Below, piece by piece: positions 50,229 through 60,158 of a stretch of DNA of 64,000 bases (position 1 is the stretch's first letter; each line of letters opens with the position of its first letter). Where the stretch lies: NCBI GenBank assembly GCA_964423445.1, contig CAYREQ010000001.1, positions 65,732 to 129,731 on the forward strand, in the 5' to 3' direction. The DNA is from an uncultured Candidatus Saccharibacteria bacterium (GTDB taxonomy: Bacteria; Patescibacteriota; Minisyncoccia; Phycocordibacterales; UBA9973). The translations under genes and the position numbers were made by a program. The notes under the pieces are model-generated. The model was not told the DNA's origin. It was given only the letters and a program-made list of their open reading frames with translations, and ran no database searches.

Positions 50229-51230
50229 CTACATTATTTTACTTAAAAAATCATTAATGATGTCTTCCACTTCTTTGGCCGAGTTTGTCTCCATTAGTTT
50301 TATGCGTAGTTCTTTGGCACCCTCAAAACCATTTATATAAGCTTTGAAGTGTTTTTTCATTACTGCAAAATTTTTATGTCTTGGCTTTGATAATGTCTTT
50401 TCAAAAAGATTTGTGTGCTCTATCAAGACTCTCAATTTTTCTTCTAAGGTTACTGTAAAATTTTCATCCATTAAAAAGAACCAAGGATTACCAAATATTC
50501 CCCGCCCGATCATCACCCCGTCGCAACCATACTTTTGTATTTTTTCTTCACCATCTTTGATGCTCACTACATCTCCATTACCTATAAGTAAAATATCTTT
50601 ACCACTTTTTTTAATAAGTTTTTTTATTTTTTCAATATGTTCCCAGTGTGCAGGCACCAGTGACATCTCCTTGGCAGTACGCAAGTGTATCGTAAGTGCA
50701 GAAATATCTTCTTTTAATAATTCAGGAATCCAATTATCTATATCTTCTTTTGTAAAACCAATTCTAGTCTTTACAGATACTGGTATATTTACACCAGCAG
50801 ACTTTATACCTTCATGTGCTGCTCTAATTATTTTTCTTGCGAGTGCTGGAGTCTTTATCAAACCTGCTCCAGCTCCTTGAGCCACTACTGACTTGTCAGG
50901 ACAACCCATATTTATATCTATACCATCAAAACCAAGGCTGGCCACATACTGGCAAGCCTTTTTCATATTTTCTTCATTAGCACCAAAGACTTGAGCTACT
51001 ATAGGTCTCTCGCTATTTGAAAAGACTAGCAAATGGCTGAGCTTCTTTTTAGCAAGCTTATTTGCCAATCCATCTGCTGCCACAAATTCTGTCCAAAAGA
51101 CTATCTTGTCTTTGTTTTCTCTATTCTTACTATATTTTGCTATAAGATGACGAAAAGCTATGTCTGTGACATCGGACATCGGCGCTAGGCAGAAAAAAGG
51201 TTTATTTAGTTTTGTCCAAAAATTACTCAC
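50229..51230 (-). CDS. dus: tRNA-dihydrouridine synthase
   Basis: 333 aa. LAPMSDVTD...INMGCP TIM-barrel Dus motifs. Confidence 0.9.
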   Translation of the reverse strand: MSNFWTKLNKPFFCLAPMSDVTDIAFRHLIAKYSKNRENKDKIVFWTEFVAADGLANKLAKKKLSHLLVFSNSERPIVAQVFGANEENMKKACQYVASLGFDGIDINMGCPDKSVVAQGAGAGLIKTPALARKIIRAAHEGIKSAGVNIPVSVKTRIGFTKEDIDNWIPELLKEDISALTIHLRTAKEMSLVPAHWEHIEKIKKLIKKSGKDILLIGNGDVVSIKDGEEKIQKYGCDGVMIGRGIFGNPWFFLMDENFTVTLEEKLRVLIEHTNLFEKTLSKPRHKNFAVMKKHFKAYINGFEGAKELRIKLMETNSAKEVEDIINDFLSKIM

Positions 51231-52087
51231 TTGAACTTATAGTAAACCTTATTTCCAAACCTCAAGTCAATGTATTCTAATTTTGAGTATTCTTTTTTGA
51301 ATTTTGAAAGTAGTGGCTCAGTATCAAGTGCAGCTTTCAAATTCTCTGCCATTTTTTGAAAATCTGCATCTTTCTTTACCCTTATCTCTGGTCCGAGTAT
51401 GTTTTCTCCAGAGCGAGATAGGTAAATTTTTAAATCCTCACCATCTTCTATGTATAGTATGACAGGCTTCAAATTTATATTTGAAAGTGTATTTTTAAAG
51501 ATGATTAATTTATCAAAATAACCTTTGGCCAGAGATACCCCTGCTGGGTTTTCTCCTCCGGTGGTGCCATAAAATTTAAAATAAACTTCTCCAGAAAAGT
51601 AAGGAGCTTCATCAAAGATATATCCTTCTTTGTCTAAAAAGTAGCATGTCTCTTTGTTGTCATTTTGTGGTGGCACGACTCCACACCATGTATATTCCGG
51701 CTGTCTCTCATTTACTGACACAATTAATTTTTTATCTTTTCCCATAGACAAGTTTATATCTGTCAGTCTTTTAAATTTTTCTCCCAAGCCCAATTGTATT
51801 TTATTCTTTGGGTATAAAAGAATATTTGTTTTTGGAAATAGCCACAAATATTTTCCTTGTATTTCAGTATTGATGAATTCAATTATTGCCTCACTGTCTA
51901 TTACTTTATTACCGGTAGTCTCTACACTAGAAATATTCAATTGTCTTATGCGAGAAATAAAAACTAGACTACCGAGCACGAGTAAAAACCCAAAGATAAT
52001 TATCACCACTTTTCGGATAAAAATTTTTCTCCTAGTGTTTTTTAATTCGAGAAGGCGTGGAGAATTTACGACATTTCGCTTTTGCAT
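51227..52087 (-). CDS. ftsQ: FtsQ/DivIB-like cell division protein (POTRA)
   Basis: 286 aa. Cytoplasmic N-tail, TM, POTRA-like segment (ISSVETTGNKVIDSEAIIEFI), beta domain, C-terminal IDLRFGNKVYYKF typical of FtsQ. Confidence 0.6.
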   Translation of the reverse strand: MQKRNVVNSPRLLELKNTRRKIFIRKVVIIIFGFLLVLGSLVFISRIRQLNISSVETTGNKVIDSEAIIEFINTEIQGKYLWLFPKTNILLYPKNKIQLGLGEKFKRLTDINLSMGKDKKLIVSVNERQPEYTWCGVVPPQNDNKETCYFLDKEGYIFDEAPYFSGEVYFKFYGTTGGENPAGVSLAKGYFDKLIIFKNTLSNINLKPVILYIEDGEDLKIYLSRSGENILGPEIRVKKDADFQKMAENLKAALDTEPLLSKFKKEYSKLEYIDLRFGNKVYYKFK

Positions 52088-52098
52088 TAAAATAGTTT

Positions 52099-53364
52099 TT
52101 ATTTTATAAATTCTTTACCTCCCATGTATTTTTGTAAGACTTCTGGGATTTTTACAGAGCCATCAGCTTGTTGAAAATTTTCTATCATAGAAACCAAGAT
52201 TCTAGGAGTAGGTATGGCTGTAGAGTTTAGTGAGTGTGCATAATGCATTTTTCCTTCTTCGTCTTTATATCTAATACCAAAACGTCTGCATTGAAAATCA
52301 TGGAAATAAGATGCAGAAGAAATTTCTCTATATTTATTTTCTTTTGGCACCCAGAGTTCTATGTCATATTTTTTTACCTGACCCATACCGAGGTCTCCTC
52401 CACAATTTATGACTGTATGATAAGGGATACCAAGTGATTCTATGAATTCTTCAGTATTTCTATTTATTTCTTCGTGGAATTTTACTGAAGTTTCATGGTT
52501 TGCTTCACACAGTATTACTTGCTCCATTTTATAAAATTCATGTACACGAATTAAACCCTTCACATCTTTTCCATGACTTCCAGCTTCGCGTCTAAAGCAA
52601 GGAGAAAAACCAAGGTGTTTAATTGGGAAAACTTTCTTATCTAAAACTTCTCCAGAATACATACCTGTAAGTGGGATTTCTGCAGTACCAGCGAGAGCAT
52701 CTCCATCTTGAGTCATATAATAGTCTTCTACATCTCCTGGGAGGTGTCCTGTACCATAGAGATTTTGTTTTTTTACAATTACTGGTGGTATTACGGGAGA
52801 AAATCCTCTACTAGAGAAAAAATCTAAAGCGTAATTCCAAATAGCAAAAGAAAGTCTCGCACCATCATTTGTCAAAAAGTATCCTCGAAAACCATGAATC
52901 TTTGTACCTCTTTCAAAGTCCACCATTTTCAGTCTGTTCATTATTTCTATATGGTCTTTTGGTTCAAAACTAAAATTTGGTTTTTCTCCCCAAACTTTTA
53001 CTTCTTGGTTGTCTTCATCTGTCACACCATCTGGCACAGTCATGTCTGGAACATTTGGTACATGGAGCATGAGAGCTTGCCACTCTTCTGTAATTTTTTT
53101 GAGTTTCTCTTCTTTGGCTTTAATATCTTCTTTCACCAAAGTCATTTCTTTAATCAATTGAGCTTTTAGGGCAGGATCTTGGTCGCGAGCTATATTATTT
53201 GAGACCTTGTTTACTTCCGCACGCAAGTCCTCAACCTCTTTTAGCTCTTTCAGGCGCTCGTCATCTATGGCAATTAGTTTTTCAATATCGACATCGATGT
53301 GCTTTTTTTTGGCTCCGGCCTGCACAATGTCTTTATTTTCACGTATAAATTTAATATCTAACAT
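52099..53364 (-). CDS. serS: seryl-tRNA synthetase
   Basis: 421 aa. N-terminal coiled-coil arm plus class II core. Confidence 0.95.
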   Translation of the reverse strand: MLDIKFIRENKDIVQAGAKKKHIDVDIEKLIAIDDERLKELKEVEDLRAEVNKVSNNIARDQDPALKAQLIKEMTLVKEDIKAKEEKLKKITEEWQALMLHVPNVPDMTVPDGVTDEDNQEVKVWGEKPNFSFEPKDHIEIMNRLKMVDFERGTKIHGFRGYFLTNDGARLSFAIWNYALDFFSSRGFSPVIPPVIVKKQNLYGTGHLPGDVEDYYMTQDGDALAGTAEIPLTGMYSGEVLDKKVFPIKHLGFSPCFRREAGSHGKDVKGLIRVHEFYKMEQVILCEANHETSVKFHEEINRNTEEFIESLGIPYHTVINCGGDLGMGQVKKYDIELWVPKENKYREISSASYFHDFQCRRFGIRYKDEEGKMHYAHSLNSTAIPTPRILVSMIENFQQADGSVKIPEVLQKYMGGKEFIK

Positions 53365-53372
53365 AATTTATA

Positions 53373-54278
53373 TTGTATAATATTTTTGATATAATTACAA
53401 AATATATGAGTTTTGAATTAAAAATTTTAGAAGGAAATAAAATACCCAATTCCCTTTTAGAAATTCCTCAACCTCCAAAGAAATTATACATTGCCGGACA
53501 ATTACCACCCGAAGGGACTGTGTATTTAGCTGTAGTCGGATCTAGAAAAGCTACGACATATGGCAAAGATATTGTAAAAAAATTAATTCAAGGACTACGA
53601 GGCTATCCGATTGCCATAGTCTCTGGGCTAGCTATCGGTATTGATTACCTTTCACACGAAGCAGCACTCGATGCTGGTCTATATGCGGTAGCTTTTCCAG
53701 GGTCTGGTATTTCTAAAGAAAGTTTTTTTCCACCTACTAGTCTAAAATTAGCAGAAAAAATAGTAGAGAAAGGTGGATGTATCATTTCTGAATTTGAACC
53801 AAATATGAAAGCTCAATATTATTTTTTCCCCATGCGAAATAGACTAGTGGCTGGTCTATCCAAAGCATCACTCATAATAGAGGCACAAGAAAAGTCTGGC
53901 ACACTTATCACAGCTCGCATGGCACTCGATTACAACAAAGAAGTGCTCGCAGTTCCAGGGCCAATAAATTCTCTTTATTCTAAAGGTACAAATAAATTAA
54001 TCCGCCTCGGAGCTACACCGATAACATCTAGTGAAGATATATTGGAAGCTCTTGGTTTTAAAATAAATGAGGAGAGTAAAATAGATAAACAACAAAGTCT
54101 TTTCAATGATGCGAGACCGGAAGAAAAAAAAGTTTTAGCATTACTCGTAGAGCCGATGGAGAGAGATGAATTGATAAGAAAAATGAAAATGCCTACAGGT
54201 GAAGCAAATGCGCTTTTGTCTGTAATGGAAATAAAAGAAATGATAAAAGAAGAGCTCGGAGAGATTCGTTTAGCTTAA
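53373..54278 (+). CDS. dprA: DNA processing protein DprA (Smf)
   Basis: 301 aa. Rossmann-like DprA core (LAVVGSRKATTYG...VSGLAIGID). dprA-topA synteny. Confidence 0.9.
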   Translation: MYNIFDIITKYMSFELKILEGNKIPNSLLEIPQPPKKLYIAGQLPPEGTVYLAVVGSRKATTYGKDIVKKLIQGLRGYPIAIVSGLAIGIDYLSHEAALDAGLYAVAFPGSGISKESFFPPTSLKLAEKIVEKGGCIISEFEPNMKAQYYFFPMRNRLVAGLSKASLIIEAQEKSGTLITARMALDYNKEVLAVPGPINSLYSKGTNKLIRLGATPITSSEDILEALGFKINEESKIDKQQSLFNDARPEEKKVLALLVEPMERDELIRKMKMPTGEANALLSVMEIKEMIKEELGEIRLA

Positions 54279-54343
54279 TTTTTTTCAAAAAATCTCACAG
54301 AAATTTGCAAAAGAGTAATATTACGTGTAATACTTGTCTTTAT

Positions 54344-56551
54344 ATGAAATTATTAATTGTGGAATCACCATCAAAAGCGAAGACCATTGAGAAATATCTC
54401 GAGGGAGCTTTTACTGTGCGTGCATCCGTCGGGCATATTCGTGATTTACCAAAATCAAATAAAATAGCCATAGATATTGAAGGTGGTTTTATTCCTCACT
54501 ATGAAATTTCAAAAGGAAAAGAAAAGGTAGTTCACGAACTCCAAACCCTTGCAAAAAAAGCTACTGAAATAATGCTCGCTACTGACCCCGACCGTGAAGG
54601 AGAAGCCATAGCTTGGCACATAGAAGAGCTTTTAAAACAAGATAAAAAAATCAAAGCTCCTATAGAGCGAGTGGCTTTTTATGAAATTACCAAAGAAGCA
54701 GTGCATGAAGCTTTAAAGCACCCTAGAAAAATAGATACAAATTTAAGACAAGCGCAAGAAGCCCGTAGAGTATTAGATAGATTAGTGGGTTATGATTTGT
54801 CTGGTCTTATTTGGAAAAAAGTACGATATGGATTATCTGCAGGAAGAGTGCAATCTCCTGCTCTTCGTATAATTATGGAACGTGAGCGTGAGATACGAGC
54901 TTTTATTCCAGAAAAATTTTGGAAAATAAAAGGCCTTTTTGAAACTAAAAAAGAAGATAAATTAATCTTGGAATGCTCCGAAGAGCCTAGAGATGAAAAA
55001 CTTGTCGACAAGATAATGGAAGCTGGCAAGAAAGGCACCTGGGTGGTAAGTAATTTAAAAGAGACAGAACAAAAGCGTGTACCACGTGCACCTTTTACTA
55101 CTTCTACACTTCAACAGACAGCGAGTTCTCGCCTTGGATATTCTCCTTCTCGTACTATGCAACTCGCACAAAAATTATACGAAGCTGGACATATCACATA
55201 TATGCGTACTGATAGTACAAATCTAAGTACTGTGGCCTTAGGTCAAATAAATGCTTTCATAAAAAAACAATATGGAAAAGAATATGCACAAGAAAGAATA
55301 TATAAAACAAAATCAAAAAACGCACAGGAGGCCCACGAAGCTATTCGCCCTACACATATAGAGAGCATGATGGCTGGTACTGATGAGCAACAAAGATTAT
55401 ATAGACTCATATGGGAGCGTGCAGTGTCTTCACAGATGACAGATGCAAAATTATTAAAGACAAAAATCACAGCTAAAATCGAAGGAGAAAAAGATTTACC
55501 AGACTTTAGTGCAAATGGTTCACGTCTACTTTTCCCTGGATGGCTCAAAGTGGACAGCGGAGCACGAGGTGAAGATGTGGAATTACCAATAGTAAAGGTT
55601 GGTGAAGAATTAAAATTGCTTAATTTAATAAATGAAGAAAAATTTACCGAGCCACCAAGTAGATATAGTGAAGCTGGACTCATCAAAGAATTAGAAAGTA
55701 GAGGCATAGGGCGACCGAGTACATATGCTTCTATTATGAGGACCATAGAAGATAGAGGTTATATAAAAAAAGAAGGTAAGACATTATTCCCTACTGACAC
55801 AGGTGAAGTAGTATCTGATTTCTTGGAAAAACATTTTATGAAATATATTTCAGATGTTTTTACAGCAGAGATGGAAGATGAGCTGGACGAAATTTCTCGT
55901 GGAGAAAGAGAATATAAAAAAACTCTTACAGATTTTTACGGTCCATTTTTGAAAGATGTAAAATCAAAAGATAAATTAGAAAAAGCTACAAATTTAGGTG
56001 AAGCACCAGCAAACATAAAATGTCCAAAATGCGGTAGCTCTATGATAGTAAAATTATCTCGCGCTGGAAAATTTTATTCATGTTCAAAATATCCTGACTG
56101 TGATGGAGCACTAATGCTAGACGGTACAGAATTAAAAGGTCCAGTAGAGACTGGAGAAATGTGCCCAGAGTGTGGAGAGAAAAAAGGAAAATCTGGTGGA
56201 GGTAAACTCATAGTACGTGAACGCCGAGATGGCACAGGGACATTTATATCTTGCTCTCGTTATCCAAAATGTAAATTTGTGAAAAGCGACGAAGCTGATG
56301 AAGCTAAAAAACGCACAGGTGTAATGTGTCCGGACTGTAAGACTGGAGATATTAGTGAGCGCCGTGGAAGATTTGGAATTTTTTATTCTTGTTCAAACTA
56401 TCCAAAGTGTAAATTTGCTATTAAAGCAAAACCAACAGGAAATATATGTAAAGATTGTGGCAGTCTAATGATGGAAGGTACAAAGACTATACCTGAGAGA
56501 TGCAGTAATAAAACTTGCCCCAACCACAATCCACACAAACTCAATAAATAG
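54344..56551 (+). CDS. topA: DNA topoisomerase I with four C-terminal zinc ribbons
   Basis: Start at MKLLIVESPSKAKTI (the track ORF begins 13 codons earlier). Toprim plus Topo IA core (catalytic Tyr region). Four CxxC...CxxC ribbons at the C-terminus. Confidence 0.95.
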   Translation: MKLLIVESPSKAKTIEKYLEGAFTVRASVGHIRDLPKSNKIAIDIEGGFIPHYEISKGKEKVVHELQTLAKKATEIMLATDPDREGEAIAWHIEELLKQDKKIKAPIERVAFYEITKEAVHEALKHPRKIDTNLRQAQEARRVLDRLVGYDLSGLIWKKVRYGLSAGRVQSPALRIIMEREREIRAFIPEKFWKIKGLFETKKEDKLILECSEEPRDEKLVDKIMEAGKKGTWVVSNLKETEQKRVPRAPFTTSTLQQTASSRLGYSPSRTMQLAQKLYEAGHITYMRTDSTNLSTVALGQINAFIKKQYGKEYAQERIYKTKSKNAQEAHEAIRPTHIESMMAGTDEQQRLYRLIWERAVSSQMTDAKLLKTKITAKIEGEKDLPDFSANGSRLLFPGWLKVDSGARGEDVELPIVKVGEELKLLNLINEEKFTEPPSRYSEAGLIKELESRGIGRPSTYASIMRTIEDRGYIKKEGKTLFPTDTGEVVSDFLEKHFMKYISDVFTAEMEDELDEISRGEREYKKTLTDFYGPFLKDVKSKDKLEKATNLGEAPANIKCPKCGSSMIVKLSRAGKFYSCSKYPDCDGALMLDGTELKGPVETGEMCPECGEKKGKSGGGKLIVRERRDGTGTFISCSRYPKCKFVKSDEADEAKKRTGVMCPDCKTGDISERRGRFGIFYSCSNYPKCKFAIKAKPTGNICKDCGSLMMEGTKTIPERCSNKTCPNHNPHKLNK

Positions 56552-56578
56552 AATAGTTTTTGTCATATAAATTAAAAA

Positions 56579-56607
56579 AGCCGGTAGCATTTCTGCGTAC
56601 CGGCTTT
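56579..56607. terminator. intrinsic terminator (strong on minus strand) between topA and 56630..57343 gene
   Basis: AGCCGGTA-12 nt loop-TACCGGCT. T6 run on the minus strand. Weak T-tail on the plus strand. Confidence 0.6.
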
Positions 56608-56629
56608 AGTCTATGATGTTGATGAAAAA

Positions 56630-57343
56630 TTATCCGACAAAGCGCGGGCGTTCGGCTTTTTCTTTTGGCGGATTAATCATCTTTACCTCGCCGTTTTTTT
56701 TGATTTGAAAGGTGCTGTCGTCCCCTTTCTCATTTATTAGACGCATTAAGAGTTTTGAATCTTCGGCGTCAAAAATGATTGCACCCTTGGAGTTTTTAAA
56801 TCCATGAGTGTAGTTTGATATTGGAAGTTTGAACTCCTCGGGAGATAAAATGCCTCCAAATTTTTGTATTACCGCCATGGCTTCGGGAGTAAAGTATACA
56901 CGGCGGTCGATTTCATCGACGAGCAAATTAAAATTATTTATTGCTCGCCACTCTATCTCGGCAGATACCTGCTCAAGAGCAGAATCTTCTGACCACTTGT
57001 CCCAATCGACGACGACCGCCGTAGCTGAAACATTGTGAGTCATTTTCCCCGATTGATAAGACCGAAAAGTGTCGGACCATATAACTTCGTACTTGCCTTT
57101 GTACGATACTTTCCTTTCAGGTATTTTGAGATGTACCTTTCCTCCACCATCGAGTTCTACTTTAATAGTGATATCTCGCCGGACGACAGACCCAGAGAGA
57201 TTTTCGTCTAGGTTGATAGTGCATACATCCGTACCGACGTTTAAGATTATCTTTGTCGGCATGGGTGAAAGTGTTTCTTGGGCAAGTGTCTTTACGCCAA
57301 ACAAAGACACAAAAAACATAGCGACTAAAAGCATTTTTTTCAT
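56630..57343 (-). CDS. secreted hypothetical protein (compositionally atypical, higher GC)
   Basis: Signal peptide MKKMLLVAMFFVSLFGVKTLAQE. The track start at 57373 is TTG and the ATG at 57343 is preferred. GGAAG SD-like motif upstream. No family recognised. Confidence 0.6.
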   Translation of the reverse strand: MKKMLLVAMFFVSLFGVKTLAQETLSPMPTKIILNVGTDVCTINLDENLSGSVVRRDITIKVELDGGGKVHLKIPERKVSYKGKYEVIWSDTFRSYQSGKMTHNVSATAVVVDWDKWSEDSALEQVSAEIEWRAINNFNLLVDEIDRRVYFTPEAMAVIQKFGGILSPEEFKLPISNYTHGFKNSKGAIIFDAEDSKLLMRLINEKGDDSTFQIKKNGEVKMINPPKEKAERPRFVG

Positions 57344-57487
57344 TTCATTTCTTCCTTTTTCAAGTTTTGTCAAAAAGCTCAGATCGAGAGCTCGGGCTAG
57401 TTCAAGACAATAATGTATATTTTATTTAGAATTGTCAATATTAAATTTAAAATTCTCAGACTTGATTTGTTGTGATATAATCATTTT

Positions 57488-58960
57488 ATGTCTATGGAAG
57501 TCAAAGAAATACTAGATCTCATGCCTGAGAGCATGACGAAGAAAGACGAAGAATTGATAATAAAAGCATATAATTATGCTAAAAAAGCTCACGAAGGACA
57601 AAAGAGAATGAGTGGAGAGCCATATTTTGTCCATGTATTTGAGACTGCAAAAACTCTAGCTACTCTCAGTATGGATGTCCAGACCATAGCTGCTGGCTTG
57701 CTTCACGACACTATCGAAGATACAGAAGTCACCGAAGAAGAACTAGAAAAAGAATTTGGTGAAAATATTGTATTTTTAGTAAAAGGAGTCACCAAGCTAG
57801 CGACTTTAAAATATAGTGGTTATGAGAGACATGTAGAAAGTCTACGAAAATTTTTCATGGCCATGGCAAATGATTTACGTGTGGTCATCATAAAATTAGC
57901 AGACAGACTTCACAATTTAAATACTTTGCAACATATTCGTGAAGATAAAAAGAAACGTATCGCCTTAGAGTCTATCAGTGTCTATGCCCCTCTCGCGAAT
58001 CGTCTTGGTATGGGAAAATTGAAAGGAGAAATAGAAGACGCTGCTTTTCCTTATGCTTATCCAAAAGAGTATAAACAAATGCAAGAAATTTTGGATGAAA
58101 AAAGAGAAGCATATGAAAAAAATCTTGAGATAGTGAGAACTGAATTAAAAAAAGAACTTGATAAAAATAATATCAAATGTGCCGAGCTCGACTATAGAGT
58201 AAAACACAAATATAGTCTATATAAAAAACTTTTGAAATATGACATGGACATAGATAAAATCTATGACATAGTCGCTCTGCGTGTAGTCGTAGACAATGTA
58301 GAAGAATGTTATAGAGTGCTCGGAGTAATACATTCAATTTGGAATCCCCTTCCTGGCAGAATTAAAGATTATATTGCATTACCAAAGCCAAACGGCTATC
58401 GCTCTATACATACCACGGTGCTCACAGGATTGGGTGGTATTGCAGAAATCCAAATCAAAACAAAAGAAATGCACAATGAAGCTACTTATGGTATCGCTGC
58501 ACACTTTGCATACAAGGAAGGTAAGAAAAAGAAAAAAAATGCAATGAGTGAGTTGAAATTTGATTGGATTGAAGATTTGAAAAATTTAAAATATTCCCCA
58601 GATGAACCAAAGAAATTTATTGAACACCTAAAGACAGACTTTTTCAATGATAGAATTTTCGTTTTTACACCAAAGGGTGACGTAGTAGACCTGCCAGAAG
58701 ATTCCACTCCGGTAGATTTTGCTTATGCCATACACTCTGACATAGGAGACCATATTTCTGGAGTAAAAATAAATGATAAAATGTCACAGATTTTTTCCAA
58801 ATTAAAAAATGGAGATATTGTAAATATAATAATAAACAAGAACTCTCGTCCATCAAATAAATGGCTAGAGTATGCGAAGACTGCAGTAGCTAGAAAACAT
58901 ATAAAGCACTATCTTGAAAATAATACTCTCTTAAATAGACTCAAGTCTTTTGGGAAATAA
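57488..58960 (+). CDS. rel: short RelA/SpoT homolog (HD hydrolase, synthetase, TGS; no ACT domain)
   Basis: 490 aa. HD motif (LLHDTIEDT), synthetase motifs (RVV.D...GYRSIHTTV), TGS-like C-terminus (TPKGDVVDLP). Confidence 0.85.
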   Translation: MSMEVKEILDLMPESMTKKDEELIIKAYNYAKKAHEGQKRMSGEPYFVHVFETAKTLATLSMDVQTIAAGLLHDTIEDTEVTEEELEKEFGENIVFLVKGVTKLATLKYSGYERHVESLRKFFMAMANDLRVVIIKLADRLHNLNTLQHIREDKKKRIALESISVYAPLANRLGMGKLKGEIEDAAFPYAYPKEYKQMQEILDEKREAYEKNLEIVRTELKKELDKNNIKCAELDYRVKHKYSLYKKLLKYDMDIDKIYDIVALRVVVDNVEECYRVLGVIHSIWNPLPGRIKDYIALPKPNGYRSIHTTVLTGLGGIAEIQIKTKEMHNEATYGIAAHFAYKEGKKKKKNAMSELKFDWIEDLKNLKYSPDEPKKFIEHLKTDFFNDRIFVFTPKGDVVDLPEDSTPVDFAYAIHSDIGDHISGVKINDKMSQIFSKLKNGDIVNIIINKNSRPSNKWLEYAKTAVARKHIKHYLENNTLLNRLKSFGK

Positions 58961-58964
58961 AATA

Positions 58965-59978
58965 CTAAACACTAAAATTAGAGATATTGTATAGATCATT
59001 GTCGTCTCGCTCTACTTCGTCTTTACTTCTGTCATCTTCTGCTATTTCGGGTATTTCTCCAGCTTCAGGGTTTGTAGCTTTTTCACCTTCGTTTGCAATG
59101 TATTTTTCCATTAGGCCTGCTTGTGGAGGTACTCCAGATGCAATCTTTTCATTATTTGATTTATTAATTAAATTTAAAATTTCTCTCAAGTCCTCGTTTG
59201 AGAAAAAATCAATTTTTATTTGCCCGCCCAATTCACGCCTATCTATGTGTACACGAGTTCCTAATTTTTCTTGGAATTCTTCTTCCAATTCTGTGATTTC
59301 TGGGTCTGGCATAAATTCTTTCTTTCTAATACGATCATAAGCGATTTTGCGAGCCAATTTCTCTGCTTCACGTACTGTAATTTTTCGGTAAATTATTTCT
59401 TTATACAAGACCATCTGTTCTTCTGGGTGATCTATCAGCATGAGTAGTGGTCTAGTGTGTCCATCGGTGAGCTTGCCTTCTGAGAGACCAGTCAAAATTT
59501 CTTCTGGCAGGTTTAAAATACGAAGTGAGTTTGATACATACTCTCTACTCTTACCCATTTTCTTTGCAATTTCACTGTGAGTAAATTTAAATTCACTAGC
59601 TAATCTAAAAAAAGCTCTAGCTCTGTCTACGGCATTCAAATCTTCACGTTGTAGATTTTCAATGATGGCTAGCTCTAATTTCATCATTGAAGTGTCTCCT
59701 GTGCGTATGATAGCTGGCACTTGTGACACACCTGCGAGCATTGCTGCTCGGAGCCTACGCTCTCCTGCTATCAATTCATATTCAGTGAGAAGTCCTCCGC
59801 CTTCTTTTTCTACTTCCAAGCGAGATACAGTCAGTGGCTGAAGTACGCCATACTGCTTTATAGATTGAGATAAGTCTTGCAATCTAACAGGGTCAAAATC
59901 TCTCCTAGGTTGGTAGGGGTTTGGTCTTATCTTGTCTGTATCAATCCAGAAAATTGAGTTGGAATAAATGTTTGACAT
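58965..59978 (-). CDS. parB: ParB/Spo0J-family protein with long acidic C-terminal tail (no adjacent parA)
   Basis: 337 aa. ParB N-domain with arginine patch GERRLRAA. HTH (HSEIAKKMGKSREYVSNSLRIL). D/E-rich tail. Confidence 0.8.
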   Translation of the reverse strand: MSNIYSNSIFWIDTDKIRPNPYQPRRDFDPVRLQDLSQSIKQYGVLQPLTVSRLEVEKEGGGLLTEYELIAGERRLRAAMLAGVSQVPAIIRTGDTSMMKLELAIIENLQREDLNAVDRARAFFRLASEFKFTHSEIAKKMGKSREYVSNSLRILNLPEEILTGLSEGKLTDGHTRPLLMLIDHPEEQMVLYKEIIYRKITVREAEKLARKIAYDRIRKKEFMPDPEITELEEEFQEKLGTRVHIDRRELGGQIKIDFFSNEDLREILNLINKSNNEKIASGVPPQAGLMEKYIANEGEKATNPEAGEIPEIAEDDRSKDEVERDDNDLYNISNFSV

Positions 59979-60014
59979 AAAAGTATTTTAGCATACATGT
60001 TTTATTTTTAATAA

Positions 60015-60066
60015 TTGATTTATATGTACTTTTTGTGTAAAATGTGTGAATTGTGGTGTATAAAAT
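60015..60066 (+). promoter_or_regulatory. tandem sigma70 promoters upstream of tRNA-Leu/murA
   Basis: TTGATT(60015-20)-17 nt-TAAAAT(60038-43). Second TGT-ATAAAA extended -10 ends 7 nt before tRNA position 1. Confidence 0.5.
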
Positions 60067-60072
60067 AAATAC

Positions 60073-60156
60073 GCCCGGGTGGCGGAATTGGTAGACGCAA
60101 ACGACTCAAAATCGTTCGAGGGCAACCTCATGAGAGTTCAATTCTCTCCCCGGGCA
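60073..60156 (+). tRNA. tRNA-Leu (anticodon CAA)
   Basis: Acceptor GCCCGGG/CCCGGGC. Anticodon arm AACGA-CUCAAAA-UCGUU (CAA). Long variable arm. T-arm GAGAG-UUCAAUU-CUCUC. Discriminator A. Confidence 0.9.
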
Positions 60157-60158
60157 CA

